Origin: Carcharhinus amblyrhynchos
Taxonomy: Eukaryota
Assembly (NCBI GenBank): GCA_965287045.1
Contig: OZ336873.1
Coordinates: 96,906,001 to 96,970,000, forward strand
DNA length: 64,000 bases
Reading direction: 5' to 3'
Shown here: positions 1 to 12,967 of the stretch, piece by piece
How the letters are laid out: every line of letters starts with the position of its first letter
How positions within the stretch are numbered: the stretch's first letter is position 1
The notes under the pieces: model-generated
What the model was told of the DNA's origin: nothing
Seen by the model: the letters and a program-made list of their open reading frames with translations, nothing else
Databases searched by the model: none
Program-made: the position numbers and the translations under genes

Positions 1-489
1 CTCTCATCAGATCAAGGTTTTAACTGCAGCTTCAAAAACATCTGATGCAATAAAAATGTTGACAAAATTCAAATAGGACTTCAAAATGAGCTATTATATA
101 TTATGGTACACACTTATTTGGCCTAACACCATGCAAGTTTTTATGTTGCAGTCTCTTCCTGTTCTATTTTCTTTATTTAAACCTACCTGGGAACATTGCC
201 TACTATTTCTTTTTCCCTTACGTATTCATTTAATTTCCTCTTGAACACACATTGGCTATTCACCTTATCCACTCCAAGTGCTATTACGTTTTCCATTTTT
301 GCCACTGTTTATGAAGATACTTCTTCTTCATTCCTTATGGACTTATTAGTGACTCTTATTGTTAAGGACCCTAGTTTTGGACTCCCCAAAAGTGGAAATA
401 TTCCTTTGTCTGCTCTAATGAATCTCTTCAAATGTTAAGATCATTTTGGAGCTCAAAGATGATCAAAAGAGAGATCTTGATTTTTCCAC

Positions 490-800
490 AGAGCTAAACT
501 GCACAGGTGCCTCACAGAACCAGGGAACCAAGTTCGATTCCAGCCTTGGATGACTATCTGAGTGGAGTTTGCACATTCTCCTTGGGGTCCTCCAAATTCT
601 CCAATCTCCTCCCACACTCCAAAGATACGCAGATTAGGTTGATTGGCCATGCTAAATTGCCCCTTCGTGTCATGGGATTAACAGGGTAAATGCGTGGGGT
701 TACAGGGAATGAGGCCTGGACTGGTTTGTTATTGGCGCATGCTCAATGGGCTAAATGGCCTCCTTTTGCACTTTAGGGATTCTATAATTCAATTCTATGA
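490..800 (+). mobile_element. HE1-like tRNA-derived V-SINE
   Basis: B-box-like GTTCGATTCC at ~533, central motif GTGGAGTTTGCACATTCTCC...CTCCCACACTCCAAAGA, LINE-like tail ending in CTATGATT; the same pattern recurs many times in the window. Confidence 0.8.
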
Positions 801-1792
801 TTCTTTGATGAACACTAGAATGCTCAATGGGATTTGTAAACTGGCAAACTCGGTGGAATTAACTTGCAATCTCTGTTTAGTCTGTATATGTGTTTACACC
901 AATTCCACAATGTATTTTTATCCAGACACTTGATAGGTGAAATGAGGTGAATTGAGAATGTTCTCAAAAAGCTCATTGTGAACTGAATCAGTTCAGTATT
1001 TTCAAGGGAAAAACTGTGTCGCAATGTGTAATTTTATTTTCATAAGTATTTAGACAGATGGCATCTCTGTTCTTCTTTTGGGAGTGTGGTAGTTGGTTCA
1101 CCAATCCCAGACTCTAAAAACAACTACTCAGTTAAAGATCGGAAATTCCATTCTGCCTTTGCCAACATGCCCCGCAAATAAGACAATTATTGATTCTATT
1201 TTTACTGTGCCTGAAGGAGCACATCTTGAACAATAGGGTGCAGTATTCTCAGTGAAATGAAAATAATTGAAGCAGTTAATGTTAAAATTGTTTCTTCTGG
1301 TTAAAGATAGTATATAAATGGGAATAAATATTCTCCAGGATATCTGTCATTCATTAAAATGTAATATTGTGCTACTGTTGTTTCCCGCTGTATTTTGATC
1401 CCACATATGAAATCGATTGGTTGAAACATGCTGTGGGTGGTGGGGGGGGAGAGGTGGTGGGGAGGGGGGGGAATTCTCCCAGAAGTGCTGAATTGTTGGG
1501 AAAACTGATCTAGATCACGGTTGTTCGTTCAGCGTAACTTCAAACCCGAATCTTCGCACTCTGTGTAATGCAGATGTCACAATTTTGAGTAGCATTAAAA
1601 GCTCAGGGGCTGGGCCTACTTGTGCCAAAGAGTCTGAAATTGTCAGGATGAGCAGGAACCCGCGCATGTTGGGAGATCGCTGGAAAGACCTCCCAGCGTC
1701 GAGATCACTGCTATCGAACTCCCATAGACATCACTGGCCTCATCTCTGGCCCCCCGCAACCCCCCACAGACGTCGCTGTTCCCCCCTCCCAT

Positions 1793-2337
1793 GATGTGGA
1801 GATGCCGGCGTTGGACTGGGGTAAACACAGTAAGAAGTCTCACAACACCAGGTTAAAAGTCCAACAGGTTTATTTGGTAGCAAACGCCACTAGCTTTTAG
1901 GGCTCTGTCCCTTCATTAGGTGAGTGGGGAGTTCTGATCACAAACAGGGCATATAAAGGCACACACTCAGTTTACAGAATGCTGATTAGAATGTGAGTCT
2001 TTACAGCTAATCAAGTCTTAAAGGTGCAGACAATATGAGCGGAGACAGTATTAAGCATAGGTAAAGAGATGTTTGTTGTCTCCAGACAGGACATTAAGTA
2101 AGATTTTGCAAGCCCAGGCAATCATGGGGGTTACAAATAGTGTGACATGAACCCAAGATCCCAGTTGAGGCCATCCTCATGTGTGCGGAACTTGGCTATC
2201 AGTCTCTGCTCAACGACTCTGTGATGTCGTGTGTCGTGAAGGCCACCTTGGAGAACGTTTACCCGAAGATCAGAGGCCGAATGCCCGTGACTGCTGAAGT
2301 CTTCACCAATACAAAGAGAACAGTCTTGTCTTCCACA
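1793..2337 (-). mobile_element. Penelope-like element 3' fragment (GIY-YIG C-terminus plus pLTR with degenerate hammerhead)
   Basis: Minus ORF 2131-2391 contains SSHGHSASDLRVNVLQGG...EQRLIAKFRTHEDGLNWDLGF, typical of the PLE endonuclease end. Minus strand near 1885-1920 reads CCTAATGAAGGGACAGAGCCCTAAAAGCT, a mutated CTGATGA..GAAA, followed by AATAAA. Confidence 0.75.
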
Positions 2338-2816
2338 TACAGACATCACTGGCCCCCCCTCCCACAGACATTGCTGGCCCCCCTTCCCCATTCAGCTATT
2401 ACTGCCCCCCTCTCCCCCCACATACAGACATGGCTGTCGACTCATCCCATGCCCTCATGGATCCGGATAACAGAGGTATGCAATCACTTCATCCTTGAAC
2501 ATATGAACCTCCCTGCTGCCCTGCAGAGAACTAGCATTGTGCTGATGTGCACACCCCCAGCTTATGATCATTCCCTTTCTTGAATGGGAGCCTTGAGTCT
2601 TCCCCCCTCCTGGATACAGCAGCCTATTGAATGGCAACCAATCAGCACCCAGGGGGATGCATGATACACAATTGAAAACAACCTTCAAAATCTCTCACAA
2701 GGACTTGTTGCCAATGGACCCTTGACTGGCCACACTCACTGCACCGACACTCCCCTAATAGGCCAGAACTATATATAAGCAGCAGGAATGGACACACAGT
2801 AAGTCATGCCACAAAG

Positions 2817-4366
2817 ATGGCTGCACGCAGACCAGCAGCCAGATTCACAGAGGCCGACCAGGAGCACCTGCTAGATGCCGTGGAGGAGAGGCGTGAGCTG
2901 ATCTTCCACAGCCAGGGCCCTAACCCAAGAAGTGCATCTGTTACTGCACTGTGGGAGGAAATGGCAGAAATGGTGAATGCCAGGAGCCTGACACAGTGCT
3001 TTGGCCAGCAGTGTCGGAAAAAAATGCATGACCTTCTTCGAGCAGTAAGGGTGAGTGAGTATCCCATTTGGAACCCTGCACATGTTTGGCATGGATCTCA
3101 AATTATGTTTAGATGCCTGAAGGGCATGTGACAAGACACCCTTCCCCCAGGAACACAATCCAACCCCTTCCCCTCACCCCTCAACGAGCACCCCTCAGTG
3201 AAGACCGCTTTCCCTGAAACTGTCAGCACAACACTCGAGATACAGTCATGCATTGCACATCATGCACTGCAATATATTAATGCTTGCTATCCACCTTATG
3301 TTCCCACAGGAAAAGAACATTCGCAACTTACATGAAACTACACAGACTGACAGTGGTGTGCCTGATCTGCGGCATCTGACTAGCATGAAGGAGCCTGCCA
3401 TGGAGTTTGGCAGGAAGTGATGGGGTATCCTGAATGGTCACTGACAGCCAGGTCAGCGTCCAGCATGCAAGTGAGTAGAAGCGCACCCTCAACCTAGGGC
3501 CTCCCCAAAGTAAGTGCGATGTTGCATAGAATGTTTTACCTCCCTTTCCCTTATGTGTGTTCTTTATTTCAGCTCTGGATCCAGAGGAACCCAATCCTTT
3601 AGGTATTGGCACTACTCCTGCTGCTCTGGAGTAAACTGCCGGTGACCATTGGATGACACCTTGGAGGAAGGCACTGAGGAATCCTCTGAGGGCAGCACCA
3701 CTGAAGCGCTATTGGCATGTACCACATCACCACAGTGAGTATCTTTAGTGTCGAGCCTTCTGGCTCACGAATTGATGAGCACATCACAGACACTGATGCA
3801 CATTGGTGGAGGCGGGCACATCCGAGGGTTTGGACACATGGAGGTCTTCTGGAGGCAAGGATTCAGCTGTCCCCAAGCCAGACGCTGGGCCTTGGGGTGT
3901 GTTCCTCCCGAGGCTGGTGGAGAATCGTCAGTTGTGGAAGGGCTGTCAACAGCCATGCTGCGACTGCAAGGCTGTTTAGGGGAGTCCAACAGATTGCTGT
4001 TGCAGGAGGTGGTTCTGACACAGCATGAGACCCAGGCCAACACTGCAAGGATGGCAACCTCAGTGGAAACTCTGGCTCAGGGGTCTGTCCTCATGGTTGG
4101 CAGGATCCAGGCCATCCTGGAGACACAACAGGCCCTGTGCAAGTGTGTTTCTGGCATCCAGGAGGCACGGCATTCCATGGCTGTGTGTGTTGGAACACAT
4201 GGGAAACATTGCTTGTCATGGCTGGGACTCTTGCTGCTATTCTGTGAGCCTTGACAACTTAGCGCAGTCTCAGAGAACTACTGCTGAGGGGCTTCAGAGC
4301 CTAGTTTGCTCACAGACTGTTGTAGTGGAGGGCTTTCCAGAGCTTGGTCAAGTCTCAAAGGGTTAA
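2817..4366 (+). pseudogene. Harbinger-associated Myb/SANT-like DNA-binding protein gene (about 3 exons, degraded)
   Basis: AARFTEADQEHLLDAVEERRELIF...LWEEMAEMVNARSLTQCFGQQCRKKMHDL matches the Myb/SANT-like (NAIF1/MSANTD-type) pattern. Donor GTGAGT at ~3051, acceptors at ~3309 and ~3572; later exons are frameshifted. Confidence 0.75.
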
Positions 4367-6256
4367 CATAGAACATAGAACATAGAACACTACAGCACAA
4401 ACAGGCCCTTCGGCCCACAAGTTGCGCCGATCACACCGATACCTACCAAGCCATAGAACTATCTGTAACTTCCAATGTCATTAGATCCCATATACTCATC
4501 CAGAAGTCTTTTAAAAGACCCCAGCGAGTTCGCCTCTACCACCACCGACGGCAGCCGATTCCACTCACTCACCACCCTCTGAGTGAAAAACTTACCCCTA
4601 ACATCTCCTCTGTACTTGCTTCCCAGCACCTTAAACCTGTGTCCTCTCGTAGTGACCATTTCAGCCCTGGGAAATAGCCTCCGAGAATCCACCCTATCTA
4701 TTCCTCTCAACATGTTATAAACCTCTATCAGGTCGCCTCTCAACTTTCGTCTCTCCAGGGAGAAGAGACCTAGCTCCCTCAACCTATCTTCATAAGGCAT
4801 GCTTCCCAATCCAGGCAACATCCTTGTAAATCTCCTCTGCACCCTCTCAATAGCTTCCACATCCTTCCTGTAGTGAGGCGACCAGAACTGTGCACAGTAC
4901 TCCAAGTGGGGTCTGACAAGGGTCCTATAAAGTTGCAGCATTACCTCCCGACTCCTAAACTCAATCCCTTGATTTATGAAGGCCAGTACACCATATGCCT
5001 TCTTGACCACATCCTCCACCTGTGAGGCCGATTTAAGAGTCCTGTGGACCCGGACCCCAAGATCCTTCTGCTCTTCAACCCAGCTAAGACTCCTACCCTT
5101 GATATTGTACTCCTGCATCCCATTGGTCCTGCCAAAATGGACCACTACACATTTATCTGCGTTGAAGTCCATCTGCCACTTCTCCGCCCAGTCTTGCATC
5201 CTATCTATGTCACGCTGCAACTTCTGACATCCCTCCAGACTATCCACAACACTACCAACTTTTGTATCATCAGTGAACTTACTAACCCATCCCTCCACTT
5301 CCTCATCTAGGTCATTTATGAAAATAACAAACAGCAAGGGTCCTAGAACAGATCCCTGGGGCATTCCACTGGTGACCGACCTTCATGCAGAAAAAGACCC
5401 GTCCACAACCACTCTCTGCCTTCTGCAGGCAAGCCAGTTCTGGATCCACAAGGCCAAAGCCCCTTGGATCCCATGCCCTCTCACCTTCTCAAGAAGTCTT
5501 GCATAGGGGACCTTATCAAACGCCTTGCTGAAGTCCATGTAAACCACGTCCACCGCTCTTCCTTTGTCAATGTGTTCAGTCATATTTTCAAAGAACTCAA
5601 CTAGGCTCGTAAGGCATAACCTGCCCTTGACAAAGCCGTGCTGACTATTCCTAATCATTCTAAACTTCTCCAAATGCTCATAAATCTTGTCCCTCAGAAT
5701 CCTTTCCATCAACTTACCAACCACTGAGCTCAGACTCAGCGGTCGGTAATTTCCCGGGCTATCCCTGTTCCCTTTCTTGAAAATAGGAACCACATCCACA
5801 ATCCTCCAATCCTCCGGAACCTCTCCCGTCTCCATCGACGATGCAAAGATCATCGCCAGGGGCTCTGCAATCACTTCCTTCACCTCCCACAATAACCTGG
5901 GGTACATCCCATCCGGTCCCAGCGACTTACCTATCTTGAAAGAACTTATAAGTTCCAACACATCCTCTCTCTTAATATCCACATACTCAACCTTTTCAGT
6001 CTGCCGCAAACCTGTAGTACAACCTCCCAAATTACTTTCCACCGTGAATACCGAGGCAAAGTACTCATTAAGCACCTCTGCCATGTCTTCCGGTTCCACA
6101 CAGACTTTCCCCCTTCACCTTTTATAGGTCCTATCCCTTCTTTTCTCATCCTTTTACTCTTCACTTATTTGTAGAATGCCTTGGGATTCTCCTTAATTTT
6201 ACCCGCCAAGGCCTTCTCATGTCCCCTTCTGGCTCACCTAATTTCCTTTTTAAGTT
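4366..6256 (-). mobile_element. CR1/HER1-type LINE, 5'-truncated, reverse transcriptase region
   Basis: ORFs 5383-6099 and 4459-5364 are in the same frame, split by one TGA. Motifs [33 protein letters not shown]; (ACATAGA)n tail at 4366-4390. Confidence 0.95.
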
Positions 6257-7003
6257 TGTCGGGTTAGGACTCTGAGCTTATTATCCAAATCAGCCAGATC
6301 TAGTGCATTATTGGTGGATACCCCACTCCGTATGCAGTCGCCAGATCATTCAGGACTACCTTCCTCTTGCGCCCCTTTGACCTGGGCATCTCTTCCCCCA
6401 CATGTGTCACCAGTCTTTTGGGTTAGCAGCCTCTGGATCAAGTGGAGGTACCATTTTCTCCGTAGGGAAGGATACCAGTCTGGTAATTGTGTCCAGCCAG
6501 ATCTATCACTGCTAGTACCAATTCGTAGTGTGTGTTGTCGAATAATATTTTCCCTGAATGTTTAATATCAATCCATTTTGGAACACTGGGGTGGTTTCAG
6601 GACAAGTGAGAATGGGTGTGCTAACAGTTGGTCTGAACTCATTTTTAATTTCACACTACATATACTCATTCTGAATAACCTTACCGGGGCACTTTCCTAA
6701 TTCCAGTCCTTTTTCTGGACCATGCGCTAGACAGACTAGCTCCAGGCACCCATAGTTAGTTTACGCCCACCAAGCACTAGTGAGGATCATCCTTAGGGGG
6801 CTCCCATTATGGTTCCTATACACCACTTTTTGGTTAGTACACCCATAGGTGATTCTGTTATTGGGGTGCACCCATAGGATACCATCCTCACATTTGCCTG
6901 CATCTGATGGGGTGAAACACACATATCCAGAGTATCGTAGGCTGATCTTCTGGTCTTTGGTTGATGTGGTGTCTGTGGTTCGGTTTGAGACGAGGAGTCC
7001 CAG
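6257..7003 (-). mobile_element. 3' internal part of the LTR element at 8160-11150 (possibly an env-like or accessory ORF remnant)
   Basis: Lies between two CR1 insertions and continues the minus-strand element. Cys/Trp-containing reading frame (YSGYVCFTPSDAGKCEDGILWVHPNNRITYGCTNQKVVY); no recognisable motif. Confidence 0.3.
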
Positions 7004-8160
7004 ATAGCGTTTGATAAGGTCCCCCATGCAAGACTTCTTGAGAAGGTGAGAGGGCATGGGATCCAAGGGCCTTTGGCCTTGTTGATCCAGAACTGGCTTG
7101 CCTGCAGAAGGCAGAGAGTGGTTGTGGATGGGGCTTTTTCTGAATGGAGGTCAGTCACCAGCGGAGTGCCTCAAGGATCTGTTCTGGGACCCTTGTTGTT
7201 TGTCATTTTCATAAATGACCTGGATGAGGAAGTGGAGGGATGGGTAAGTAAGTTCGCTGATGACACGAAGGTCGGTGGTGTTGTGGATGATCTGGAAGGA
7301 TGGCAAAAGTTGCAGCAGGACATAGATAGGATGCAGGACTGGGCGGAGAAGTGGCAGATGGACTTCAACGCGGATAAATGTGTAGTCGTCCATTTTGGCA
7401 GAACCAACGGGATGAACGAGTACACTATCAAGGGCAGAAGTCTGAGTAGTGTTGAGGAGCAGAAGGATCTTGGGGTCCGGGTCCACAGGACTCTTAAATC
7501 GGCCTCGCAGGTGGAGGAGGTGGTCAAGAAGGCGTATGGTGTACTGGCCTTCATTAATCGAGGGATTGAGTTTAGGAGTCGGGAGGTAATGCTGGAACTT
7601 TATAAGACCCTTGTCAGGCCTCATTTGGAGTATTGTGCGCAGTTCTGGTCGCCTCACTATAGGAAAGATGTAGAAGCTATTGAAAGGGTGCAGAGGAGAT
7701 TTACAAGGATGTTGCCTGGACTGGGAGGCATGCCTTATGAAGTTAGGTTGAGGGAGCTGGGACTCTTTTCCCTGGAGAGACGAAGGTTGAGAGGCGACCT
7801 GATAGAAGTTTACAAAATGTTGAGAGGAATAGATAGGGTGGACTCTCAGAGGCTATTTCCCCGGGTTGAAATGGTCGCTACGAGAGGACACAGATTTAAG
7901 GTGCGGGGAGGGAGGTTCAGAAGTGATGTTAGGGGTAAGTTTTTCACTCAGAGGGTGGTGAGTGAATGGAATCGGCTACCGTCAGTGGTGGTGGAGGCGA
8001 ACTCGCTGGGGTCTTTTAAAAGACTTCTGGATGAGTATATGGGGTTTAATGAGATTGAGGGTTATAGATAGGTCTGTAGGTTGGTAGGTGATGTGATCGG
8101 CGCAACTTGTGGGCCGAAGGGCCTGTTTGTGCTGTAGTGTTCTATGTTCTATGTTCTATA
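7004..8160 (+). mobile_element. CR1/HER1-type LINE, 5'-truncated, open RT C-terminal half
   Basis: Uninterrupted 341-aa ORF 7046-8071 with [28 protein letters not shown]; (CTATGTT)n tail; same subfamily as 4366-6256. Confidence 0.95.
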
Positions 8161-8834
8161 GCAGAGAAGTATGTAGTTCATTCTGCGGGAGATCAAGGTA
8201 GCACCTGTTAATTCTTATTAATACCTGATTCTCTTTTCCTTTTCTTTACAAGAATGCCAAAAGAAACAAAGAAATAAGTAAATGAATAATAAAGACCCAA
8301 TAGTGTCATACGAAGGGTTGGTTGGCAATCAGTGTTTAATGGGGTTGAGTGGGATAAGGAATTTGCAGAGCGTGAAAATAAAATGTTGGGCCTGTGTCCT
8401 CATTGTTGGAGGATTATGGCACAGTATAACAATAGATTCTTCATCCCACAACCAAACTGTGATGTGTGGGAAGATAATGGCGCAGAATAATGTGGGCAGA
8501 TAAGAAGCCCTTTTCAATTGGGTGCAGTGTGGATTGGATGAATAAAACTATTTACAATCTGGACTGTGATGTCCTGATTCTTTCCTTAGTGAAAGGAACG
8601 TACGTGGGCGGGCTTTGGCTGCAGGTACCCACTGCATTACCACCTCTGGTAGTGAGCGCCGGGTCAAACGGTTCTGGGAGTCCTGGTACCGGGGTACCAT
8701 AGGGGATAAGGTTTGTGGGTGCCCCATCTTTTTTGTCGGGGTCCCCTGGGCTGGGGTTTTATTCCTGAAGCCCTGTAAATTGGAGTGGGAACTGAGGGTG
8801 CGTGTACTGGTCCTGGGGGGTAGTAGGTGGGGGG

Positions 8835-10844
8835 TTATAGTGGCTTGTCGGACCGGTCCTTCGAGGGGCATGGGTCGGGGTCCATCACCGGGAACCGCTG
8901 AGATGGTGGTATGGGGTAGTTTCTTGGTGCCCTACAGTCCCAGGTGAAATGGTTGGGTTGCCTGCAAGTAGAGCACTGTACTTGTGGGCATGGGCCTCTG
9001 GGTTCAGCTCTGTATCCAATGTCGGGGGTTGGGCCTATGTCCTGTACGGCCTTGTGGTTGCCTGTGTCAGCGATCAGCAAGAGTATATGGGTGTTTGGTG
9101 TTTGCTGGTCCCCTGAAATTTGGTGGTGCCCCACAGTCTGGGGCAAAATGGTTGGGTTGCCAGCAGTTATAACACTGTGCTTGTGGGGTTGCATATCTGG
9201 AACTGGTTTTCTCTTGTTCCCTGTACCTGGGGTTGGGAATATATCAGGGTTGCGTGGAGCTGTGATTTTCTGTATCGATGATTGGCAGGGGTATATGGGG
9301 GTGGGTGCTCTGAGTTTCCCAGTACCCTGTTTCCACCACCTCCTCCCCCACCTCCCCCCCCCCACTCCCCTTCGTTATGCCAAACTGGGACCGGGTCTGT
9401 GTGGATTGGGTTCATCATTTTGTGTTTTGTGGTTTTGGGAGTGTCTGTTTGTCTGACTTCCTGTTCCCACATGCAAGTCATTTTGTGCCCATGGCCCAGG
9501 CTTCTTTATGTGTATTAATATCAGGGTCAAAATTCTCACAGGCTTTCTCAGTGGCAGGGTCCAGATCCATGTGGACCTGTGGTCTACGTTTAATTGAGCT
9601 CTATTGAATTGGCTGAAAACCGCAACAAATTGGTTCCATAGTCAGCCAGCGTAGGCCATTGGGTGTTCCCCTCGCTTTTGTTGGCAGTTGTTTAAGCCTT
9701 GTACCGGGTCATCCCTATTATAGTCTCTGGCAGCCAGAACAGCTGCCTTCATTTCTGGTAGGGTTCCCCTGACCACGTTCTGGGGTTTGGCTAAGGCGGA
9801 ATGGATGGCAGGACTTAAACATAACAGAATAAGTTTAACCTCTTCTGCCTCGTCTAGGCCGTTTAAAACATGATGTTGGGTGACCTGGTCAAAGAGAGCA
9901 TGTGGATCCCCGGAGGGTTTGAATACTCCAATCGCTTTAGCTATGTCAGTGAGCTGTGTCATGGTGTACGGAGTTACATAAGTCACATTGTGGTTCTGTC
10001 CATCCTATCATCGGGTGATGACCATATTCATCAGTACAGGAACTGGATTAGTGACTGGACTTGTCGGAATGGGAATTGGACTAGGGGCTGAGACTGAATT
10101 TTCTAGGATGGGGGCCAGATTAGGTGGTGCTGTCGATTCCATCACCGGGAACCGTCGGCAGTGACACTAGCTGTTGCATAATGGTAGGCATCCTTCACTA
10201 AATCCCCCCACTCTACCCTTGAGTCACTTTCCCATTTTGCTCGTGTACACACACATTACACCCCTTTTTATGGCTGGCTGTGATTTTAAATCTGTAAACT
10301 CAAGCAGGCATTTGGAGTGGTTTGCTGTGCGGGCTGTATTTGTTTCTCCTGCTTGGTGTAAAACTTCTCTTGCAGCCTGCATATCACTGCATTTACATCT
10401 AACTTCCTCTACCTGTTGCAATGCAGCGTCTCTCTTACTGACAGCATGCTGCGTCTTTTGGTAGGCTTTATCACATTGAGCCTGGCACTGGCTCATGTTT
10501 ATGAAATTAATCTGGTTCCTTTCCTCTCATGTGCTTACCTCTGCTTTCAATTGTTGTACATGCGTGGTAGCACTCATTAAGTCTTGCTTTAGTTGGGTTA
10601 CCTGGGCTTCTGTGTCCCGTTTAACCTGGATAATCTCTGCTTCTCTACCAAGGAGCTATTCGAGACAACTAGCAATCGCAATCACCTTCCTAAGCTTGGG
10701 AGTCCTTTTACCCCATTCCTTATGGGTACGACTCCAACAATTCTCTCCCCCGGATCCCAGGGCGTCACCCCACTGTACCCATTTGGGCCACTTATGGTTC
10801 AAATATAAATGGAGAACTTCCTCTCATTTGGTATGTCTAGCCAT
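8835..10844 (-). mobile_element. Degraded gag of an LTR retroelement/ERV
   Basis: Zinc knuckle CSTCRQPNHFTWDC (Cx2Cx4Hx4C) in ORF 8835-9365; capsid-like segment 9642-9986 ending CQQKRGEHPMAYAG (MHR-like); coiled-coil N-terminal part 10224-10844; several stops and frameshifts. Confidence 0.7.
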
Positions 10845-11779
10845 AATTATTTCCTTTTAGGATTCGTCATTTGAGTGTAGGTAAGGGATTGGGATAGGGG
10901 ACCGGTTTTCACTAAATTCCCTCCCGTAGATTTTACCCAAATTCCCTTGACTATCCTAGTTCTAACTATATAGCATGTCCACCGCGTGTTACAGACACCG
11001 GGTTTATGGCCCAATTTATTGGTCGAATCTGTATTAGTCCTTCACTCATTTAAGACTGGCCATCCCAAGGTTTGACTGTATTTGATTTTAATATGCCCAA
11101 TTCTTTAATTTAGGATATCCAATTTAATCAGCCTTAAAACTAGGCCCTGATTATATTACCACAGTGCCATGCCTGACCTGATTAGGATTGTATGAGATTC
11201 CCATCATGGCAAATGCTGGCACAGATTCTCCAGGTCAGTGTGCAGCCTTGGGCAATACGCACCCTTGAACCATTGCTATGTGTGTAACTGCAGCATCCGT
11301 TACAGGGCTGGGTTGCTGATCCGTTTTACAGGGCAGGGACAGACTGTAAATCAGCACCAGATGAGGGGCCCCAGTGACAGCAGATTTCATGCAGTCCATG
11401 TCTGAACCTCTGCACCCCGGCCTGGAGCAGCAGCTGCTTCATTTGGTTAGGCCTCAGTTAGCACATGGTGCATTCCTCCCCCACGTCGAAACACCAGCAC
11501 TCAGTCGAGTTCCTGACCACACTCTGCAGTGACAATGCCTCTGCAAAGTGCCCTGGAGGAGGAGGCTGAACAGGACCCCTTGAGGGAACCTCACCCAGAG
11601 AGCTCTGAGAAAATAGAAGCCCCCCACCTCTCCTACCTCAGATATCACTGGCCCACCGGCCTGCACCTGAAGACAGCAGGAGGAAGCCCACCAGGCATCT
11701 CCAGGGCCTGCCTGCAACATCCCCCACACTCCACCAGCAGCGCTTACCTCCTCACGCCAGTTCAACTCTCTTCCTCAAA

Positions 11780-11970
11780 TGGCAATGGATACTAATTCAG
11801 TTGCTAGGTTTAAGTCTAAGATTGACAAATTTTTATTGAGTCTGGATATCAAGGGATATTAGCCTAGGGTAGGTGCATGGAGTTAGGTCGCAGATCGGCC
11901 ATGATCTAATTGTCTGGCAGAATGGGCTCGAGTGGCTGAATGGCCTACTCCTGTTCCTATGTTCCTATAA
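11780..11970 (+). mobile_element. CR1 LINE 3' end fragment
   Basis: GATCGGCCATGATCT...GGCTGAATGGCCTACTCCTGTTCCTATGTTCCTA 3' terminus shared with other copies. Confidence 0.75.
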
Positions 11971-12462
11971 TTCATATTCCTTACTTATGCCTTGTCGATG
12001 GTGGAAAGGCTTTAGGGTGTCAGGACATGGGTCATTCAGTTCAGAATATCTAATCTCTGGTTTGCTAAAATAGCCTCAGTATTGATGTGGTTGGTCTAGT
12101 TAACCCCCCAGGATGTTCATGGTAGGGATTCAGCAATGGTAATGTTGTTGAAAGTCAAGAGAAATGGTCAGATTTATTTTTGTTGGAGATGTTCATTACC
12201 TGGCACCTGTGTGTCACAAATGTTACTTGCCACTTATTGGCTCAAACCTGAATGTTGTCCAGGTCTTGCTGCTCGCGAGTATAGAGAGCTTCAGTTGACA
12301 TCAGCTCTAAGTGGTCCAGGTTTAATTTTAAGGTTATGCTCCTTAGTTTTGGATTTCTCTACTAGAGGAAATATTTTCTCTCTATTTGTCCTGTCTTCTC
12401 AAACACATCAATTATATCACTGCTTAACCTTTTATATTCAAAGGGCTACAAGCCTATTATAG

Positions 12463-12790
12463 GATGGTGGTATAGTGGTTAGATTACTCAATTAGTAATC
12501 CAAAGGCATTCACTAATGATCCAGTGAGTTCAACTCTCACATTGGCAACTGCGGAATTTAAATTCAGTTCATCAAACAAACCTGGAATAAAAAGCCAAGG
12601 ACATGTAATTATGTTCCTTATCCTGTCTGGCCTATGTGTGACTCCAGGCCTGCACCAATATAGTTGACATACCCGTACTTTGAAATAGTCTATTAAACCA
12701 TTCAGTTGTCAGGCTCATCACTACTTTCTCAAGTGCAATTTGGGAAGGGGAAAAATACTCACCTTGCCTCAAATGTCCATGTACTTCATG
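12463..12790 (+). mobile_element. tRNA-derived SINE of a second family
   Basis: A-box-like TGGTATAGTGGTT, B-box-like GAGTTCAACTCTC; similar to the reverse copy at 43325-43690. Confidence 0.55.
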
Positions 12791-12967
12791 AAAAAAAACT
12801 GTCCTCATAATCTAAAGCCTCTTAGTCCCTCCAAGGCCAACATAACCTTCCTGAGACATTGGATGGAATTTCCCTATTCCGCTTGCCATGAAATTGTAGT
12901 GGGCAGGGACGGAGCAAGCAAAGGTCTGTTGACCTTGGGTGAGTTTGGCCAGAAAATCCCACCTATT

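Noticed and set aside
925-1365. Coding exons in the unique sequence near the window start
   Set aside because: Several AG/GT pairs exist, but no frame-compatible, recognisable peptide could be assembled
4976-7657. Antisense ORFs such as MKASTPYAFLTTSST...
   Set aside because: Shadow frames on the opposite strand of CR1 ORF2
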